This document shows positions 20,438-24,000 of a DNA stretch of 24,000 bases, piece after piece; the stretch's first letter is position 1, and every line of letters begins with the position of its first letter. This DNA is from Methanocaldococcus villosus KIN24-T80 (GTDB lineage: Archaea; AGJL01; Methanococci; Methanococcales; Methanocaldococcaceae): positions 670,268 through 694,267 of the forward strand of contig NZ_AQUK01000001.1 of NCBI RefSeq assembly GCF_000371805.1. Direction: 5' to 3'. A model generated the notes under the pieces. It searched no databases and had not been told where the DNA came from. It worked only from the letters and a program-made list of their open reading frames with translations. Both the position numbers and the translations under genes were made by a program.

Positions 20438-21523
20438 TTATTTTTCTATTATTTTCTCTTTTATAGCCATTCCAAAGTGCCTAGCAGATTCATCATATTT
20501 TATTAAAACTTCATCTCCAGGCTTTAAATCAACTATTGATATAGGATTTCCATCTTTACCTACTAATCTAATTGTTTCAGCATTTTGTAAAATAACTCTT
20601 ACAATATCTCCTTTATATTCTGCCTCTACTAACATTAGAGGTCTTCTTTCTATTTTCACTCTTCCAACTATAGCTTCTCTAGCATTTCCATCTTTATCAA
20701 CAATTAGCACTTTATCTCCAGCTTTTAATTCTGATAGATATTTTGTTTTATTTCCAGGACATAAAATATAGCTATGAACTGCTCCAGCATTAACTCTAAA
20801 TGGTCTTGTTTCTACATATGGATTTTCAACAGTTTCAGAATGAACCAAAAAGAAACCCCTTGAATAGGATCCAACTAACATTCCTTCTCCAATGCTCATT
20901 AGTGAGCATGTGTCTATACAAACTCTATCTCCACTACCAATAGGTTCTACCCTTTTTATTACAGCAGTATCAAGTTTTATCTTTTCTTTATTCATTTCAT
21001 CTATTAGCTTAGACAACTCTTTTATATCCTCTAAACTTTTTGGTGATAGAACTACTCCATCTGTACCTTTTTCTAGAATTTCATATGCAGTTTTTGCTTC
21101 TTTAACATCATCAACACAAGCTATTATTTTGACATCCCTATTAAATAAATCAGCTATTAAATTTTCTAATGGAATAATTTTCCAATCTTCACCTTTTAAT
21201 ATAATATTATCAACAAACCCAAATCTTGCTATTTCTGAAGCTAGTTCTTCATCTTCCTTACCTTCTATAGGAATAAAAACAGCAGTTTCTTTTCCAAGTT
21301 CTTTAGCCTTCTTTAAAAAGTTAATATCATCATTTTTATTAATAATAACTATATCTGCATCTAAACTGTGAGAGGCTACTTTAATATTCCCAAGTTCTTT
21401 TATCTTCTCTATATCCTCAGGATCAGCAACTACAACTGGTATTGATGATTCTAAAGCCATTTTTACTTTCTCTTTCTTTTCTTCCCAATCATCCCCATCT
21501 ATCTTTATCCATCCAAATTTCAT
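20438..21523 (-). CDS. aroB': 3-dehydroquinate synthase II (archaeal aminoshikimate-type DHQ synthase)
   Basis: 361 aa. The start MKFGWIKIDGDDWEEKKEKVKMALESSIPVVVADPEDIEKIKELGNIKVASHSLDADI matches my recollection of the Methanocaldococcus DHQS-II family. GGTGA lies 4 nt upstream of the ATG. Confidence 0.85.
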   Translation of the reverse strand: MKFGWIKIDGDDWEEKKEKVKMALESSIPVVVADPEDIEKIKELGNIKVASHSLDADIVIINKNDDINFLKKAKELGKETAVFIPIEGKEDEELASEIARFGFVDNIILKGEDWKIIPLENLIADLFNRDVKIIACVDDVKEAKTAYEILEKGTDGVVLSPKSLEDIKELSKLIDEMNKEKIKLDTAVIKRVEPIGSGDRVCIDTCSLMSIGEGMLVGSYSRGFFLVHSETVENPYVETRPFRVNAGAVHSYILCPGNKTKYLSELKAGDKVLIVDKDGNAREAIVGRVKIERRPLMLVEAEYKGDIVRVILQNAETIRLVGKDGNPISIVDLKPGDEVLIKYDESARHFGMAIKEKIIEK

Positions 21524-21536
21524 ACTATCACCAAAA

Positions 21537-21558
21537 TTATTGATAAAGTTATCAATAA
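21537..21558. promoter_or_regulatory. Perfect palindrome TTATTGATAA-AG-TTATCAATAA between the TATA-like box and the SD of aroB'
   Basis: 10-bp perfect arms with a 2-nt spacer. On the minus strand the order is GTATAAAT, then the palindrome, then GGTGA, then ATG. Confidence 0.3.
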
Positions 21559-21571
21559 ATTTATACCTTGC

Positions 21572-22666
21572 TCATTGTATAACTATTTTTTTCTCTTCTT
21601 TAAATATTAGATATATAACCAATAGCCCCCCTATTATATCTAAAAGAGAGCCAATAGGTAAAGGAGGAGCATATTTAATATTTAAAAATGAAGCATATTT
21701 AACAGTAAGAATATGGCAGAATAATAGAAGATTTACACCTAAAAGCATAGTTGTTGGTAGTAAATATTTATGATCAGATGTCTTTATTATAATTCTCGCC
21801 AAGTATGGAGAGACTATTCCTACAAATGCCATAAGTCCTACAAAAGGAATAATTGAACCTACTGCAAAACATGTTGTCAATAAAATTAAAATTCTTATTT
21901 TTTTAATGTCTAACCCAAAACTTTTTGCATATCTTTCTCCAAATAATAGAGCATTCAATGGCTTTACTAAAAATATTAGGGCTATTAAAAATATTATAGT
22001 GCAAATAGCCATAATTGGTAGGTCATTTAATGTTATCTTTTTTAAATTACCAATAACATATCCATAATACTCATGTACTTTTATATCTTCAGCCTGAGAA
22101 ATATAAAAAGCTCTTATGCCAGAGAAAAAGTATGTTAATAGAAGAGCTACTATCAAAACTCCATTACTCTCCCTTACTCTATATGCAATGATTAACAGCA
22201 TAAGCATTGATATAATACCTCCAATCCATCCAGCTACAACTAAATATTTTCCGCCAAATAGGGATATCATAAGCTTAGAAAGACTATCATTAAATATAAC
22301 TAAAACAGCAATTAATAAAACCCCACTACTAATTCCTGTTGTATATGGAGATGCTAATAAATTTCTAAACAGTGTTTGTAGCATTAATCCTGAGGCAGAT
22401 AATATTATTCCTACAAAAATAGCTCCAATTGTTGGAGGAAATCTATACTGTTCTAAAAGTTCAAATTTAAACCTATCTTTTTCAGATAAGTAAGTGTCAA
22501 AAACATGTTTATTAAATAGATAGTTAATTCCACTTTTTATTTTATAAATAATAAAATTATTAACATCAGATGTTGTTATAGACTCTGCAGTTCCACTATA
22601 ATAGAGGGACAAAATAAATAGGATTAATGAAGATATTAAAAGAAAAGGAATTAAAATCTTCCTCAT
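21572..22666 (-). CDS. FecCD-family ABC transporter permease (iron-chelate/cobalamin type), second of a tandem pair
   Basis: A multi-TM protein with FecCD-type blocks ([54 protein letters not shown]). It has an extra loop of about 50 aa after TM1. The ATG overlaps the upstream permease stop (ATGA). Confidence 0.8.
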   Translation of the reverse strand: MRKILIPFLLISSLILFILSLYYSGTAESITTSDVNNFIIYKIKSGINYLFNKHVFDTYLSEKDRFKFELLEQYRFPPTIGAIFVGIILSASGLMLQTLFRNLLASPYTTGISSGVLLIAVLVIFNDSLSKLMISLFGGKYLVVAGWIGGIISMLMLLIIAYRVRESNGVLIVALLLTYFFSGIRAFYISQAEDIKVHEYYGYVIGNLKKITLNDLPIMAICTIIFLIALIFLVKPLNALLFGERYAKSFGLDIKKIRILILLTTCFAVGSIIPFVGLMAFVGIVSPYLARIIIKTSDHKYLLPTTMLLGVNLLLFCHILTVKYASFLNIKYAPPLPIGSLLDIIGGLLVIYLIFKEEKKIVIQ

Positions 22667-23703
22667 AATCCCAACCTTCTATATTTTAAATATAATATCA
22701 CAGCTATTGGAGATCCAATAATAGACAGTGGTGCTAGAAGAGGTAGTTGTATAGAGGTTTTAATAATAACATGTGGTCTAACAAGAATATCTGATAATAG
22801 TAGTAAAACTGCACCAAAAAGGGCAGTTATAGGAATTACATATAGATGTTTTGAAGTCTTTAAAAACATTCTAGCTAATAGTGGACATATTAACCCAATA
22901 AAAGCTATTGGCCCAGTAAAAGAGATGATTGATGCTATTAAAAAAGAAGAAAGTAGAATTAAATACCTTTTTAGTCTTTTTATATCTACTCCAACACTCA
23001 TTGCATACATTTCTCCTAATAAATAAGCATCTAACTTTTTTGATAAAAATATATAAGATAAGAGTAATATTGGTAAGGTTAAAAATGTCATAATTTTTAC
23101 TTCCTTCATAGTTAAATTATTAAAAGAACCCATTCCCCAAAGTAAAAATCCTTGAAGTTTATTATTTTCAACATTTAATATATCAGCAGTGTATACTAAA
23201 ATATCAATAAATCCTGAAAGTATAGCTCCTATCATTATTCCACATATTAATAAGGTAGAGACTTGTTTAGTAATTTCTGCTAACTTTATGACAATTAACA
23301 TTGTTATTAAACTGAATAAATAAGCCATACCAATCTGAATCCAAATTGAGCTATAATTTAAAAATAAATTTGTAAATCCATAAATAACAACTCCCAAAGC
23401 TGCTCCGCTAGCAATACCTGTTAAATATGGATCTGCTAAAGGATTTCTAAAATAACTCTGCATATAAACTCCAGCAACACTTATTGCTACTCCAGCTATA
23501 ATAGCTGATAAGCTTCTAACCAATCTTAATTTTATTAAAATTATATCTTTGATTTTATTTCCTGTTGTTTTGTTTAAAATAAAATTTATTATGTCATTAT
23601 GGCTTAATTTTATAGATCCTAGTATTAATGAATAATAAAATAATATAAATAATAATACTAAAAGTAAAAATACTGTAAGAATAAATCTCTTTTTTATGGC
23701 CAT
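22663..23703 (-). CDS. FecCD-family ABC transporter permease (iron-chelate/cobalamin type), first of a tandem pair
   Basis: Motifs [45 protein letters not shown] and [24 protein letters not shown] are typical of BtuC/FepD/FecCD permeases. The start overlaps the upstream gene's 3' end by 10 nt. Confidence 0.85.
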   Translation of the reverse strand: MAIKKRFILTVFLLLVLLFILFYYSLILGSIKLSHNDIINFILNKTTGNKIKDIILIKLRLVRSLSAIIAGVAISVAGVYMQSYFRNPLADPYLTGIASGAALGVVIYGFTNLFLNYSSIWIQIGMAYLFSLITMLIVIKLAEITKQVSTLLICGIMIGAILSGFIDILVYTADILNVENNKLQGFLLWGMGSFNNLTMKEVKIMTFLTLPILLLSYIFLSKKLDAYLLGEMYAMSVGVDIKRLKRYLILLSSFLIASIISFTGPIAFIGLICPLLARMFLKTSKHLYVIPITALFGAVLLLLSDILVRPHVIIKTSIQLPLLAPLSIIGSPIAVILYLKYRRLGL

Positions 23704-24000
23704 GTTATCATTTTTACAGTTTCAATTTTTTCCACTCTCTTCTTTATTTCATCTGGCCAATCATCATAGTTAAATCCATATTGAGATAGGAAGCCATAAA
23801 CCCATCTTGTAATTCCAAAACCAGTACATCCAGTCCAAACTCTTCTATTTTTATAATCCTTTATTCTAAAACCTTCAACAAAATGTGTTCCATGAACATT
23901 AGCTGAAACTACAGCAACACCTTTTTCTTCTTTAGTTTCCAACCTCATCTCATACTTTGGTACATCAGGAAACTCTATCTCCCTCTCCTCTTTTTTCCTA
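23694..24000 (-). CDS. serS: C-terminal ~100 aa of a class-II aminoacyl-tRNA synthetase, probably methanogen-type seryl-tRNA synthetase (N-terminus outside the window)
   Basis: The frame stays open upstream of the track's Met to the window edge ([25 protein letters not shown]...). A motif-3-like segment, [22 protein letters not shown], is followed by DDWPDEIKK. The Cys lies about 42 aa from the C-terminus, which matches my recollection of the zinc-ligand Cys position in methanogen-type SerRS. This identification is from memory only. Confidence 0.5.
   Translation of the reverse strand, partial: RKKEEREIEFPDVPKYEMRLETKEEKGVAVVSANVHGTHFVEGFRIKDYKNRRVWTGCTGFGITRWVYGFLSQYGFNYDDWPDEIKKRVEKIETVKMITWP

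Noticed and set aside
20892-21371. 159-aa plus-strand ORF, plus similar antisense ORFs at 250-435, 1517-1837, 2309-2509, 15137-15559, 16723-16950, 19335-19556, 21540-21773 and 22116-22493
   Set aside because: Each lies fully antisense to a well-supported gene with recognisable family motifs. Their products are Ser/Ile/Phe/Leu-rich low-complexity strings, typical of the complement of AT-rich Lys/Glu/Ile-rich coding sequence. None has an SD.

Overview
This window looks like an AT-rich, hyperthermophilic methanogen chromosome (Methanococcales, Methanocaldococcus-like). That call rests on gene content and on very GC-rich stable RNAs sitting in AT-rich coding DNA. All calls come from reading the sequence and recalling family motifs; no searches were run. 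RNA ends are approximate to about +/-5-10 nt.

The centre (about 7850-13824, all minus strand) is a stable-RNA superlocus. In transcription order it holds six tRNAs (Phe, Asn, CAU-anticodon, Glu, Leu, His), then 16S, tRNA-Ala(UGC), 23S, 5S, and a compact RNase P RNA that the ORF track cannot show. Both large rRNAs are flanked by long inverted repeats that form processing stems with bulge-helix-bulge geometry. All long ORFs predicted inside this block are GC-composition artefacts.

The left flank (1-7829) carries:
- an overlapping three-gene cluster of a wHTH regulator, a half-size RND/MMPL exporter and a secreted CARDB/S-layer-domain protein
- a PIN-ATPase-KH protein
- an NADH oxidase/CoADR-family flavoprotein
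- a CxxCxxCC (YkgJ-like) protein
- glycerol-1-phosphate dehydrogenase (egsA)

The right flank (13960-24000) carries:
- an overlapping pgi, nnr and PHP-phosphoesterase cluster
- an Hmd paralogue (HmdII/III type) followed by a Roadblock/LC7 protein
- a short DegT-like PLP enzyme
- tsr3 overlapping an unlisted 47-aa ribosomal protein L40e gene
- archaeal 3-dehydroquinate synthase II
- two tandem FecCD permeases overlapping the 3' end of what looks like a methanogen-type seryl-tRNA synthetase

I see no CRISPR array, transposase, integrase or obvious defence island. The candidates most worth follow-up are the regulator/half-RND/CARDB cluster, the PIN-ATPase-KH protein, the Hmd-paralogue/Roadblock pair, the serS-FecCD-FecCD coupling without an ATPase or binding protein, the rRNA-linked RNase P RNA, and a tRNA(CAU) that is nearly a copy of the operon's tRNA-Ala.
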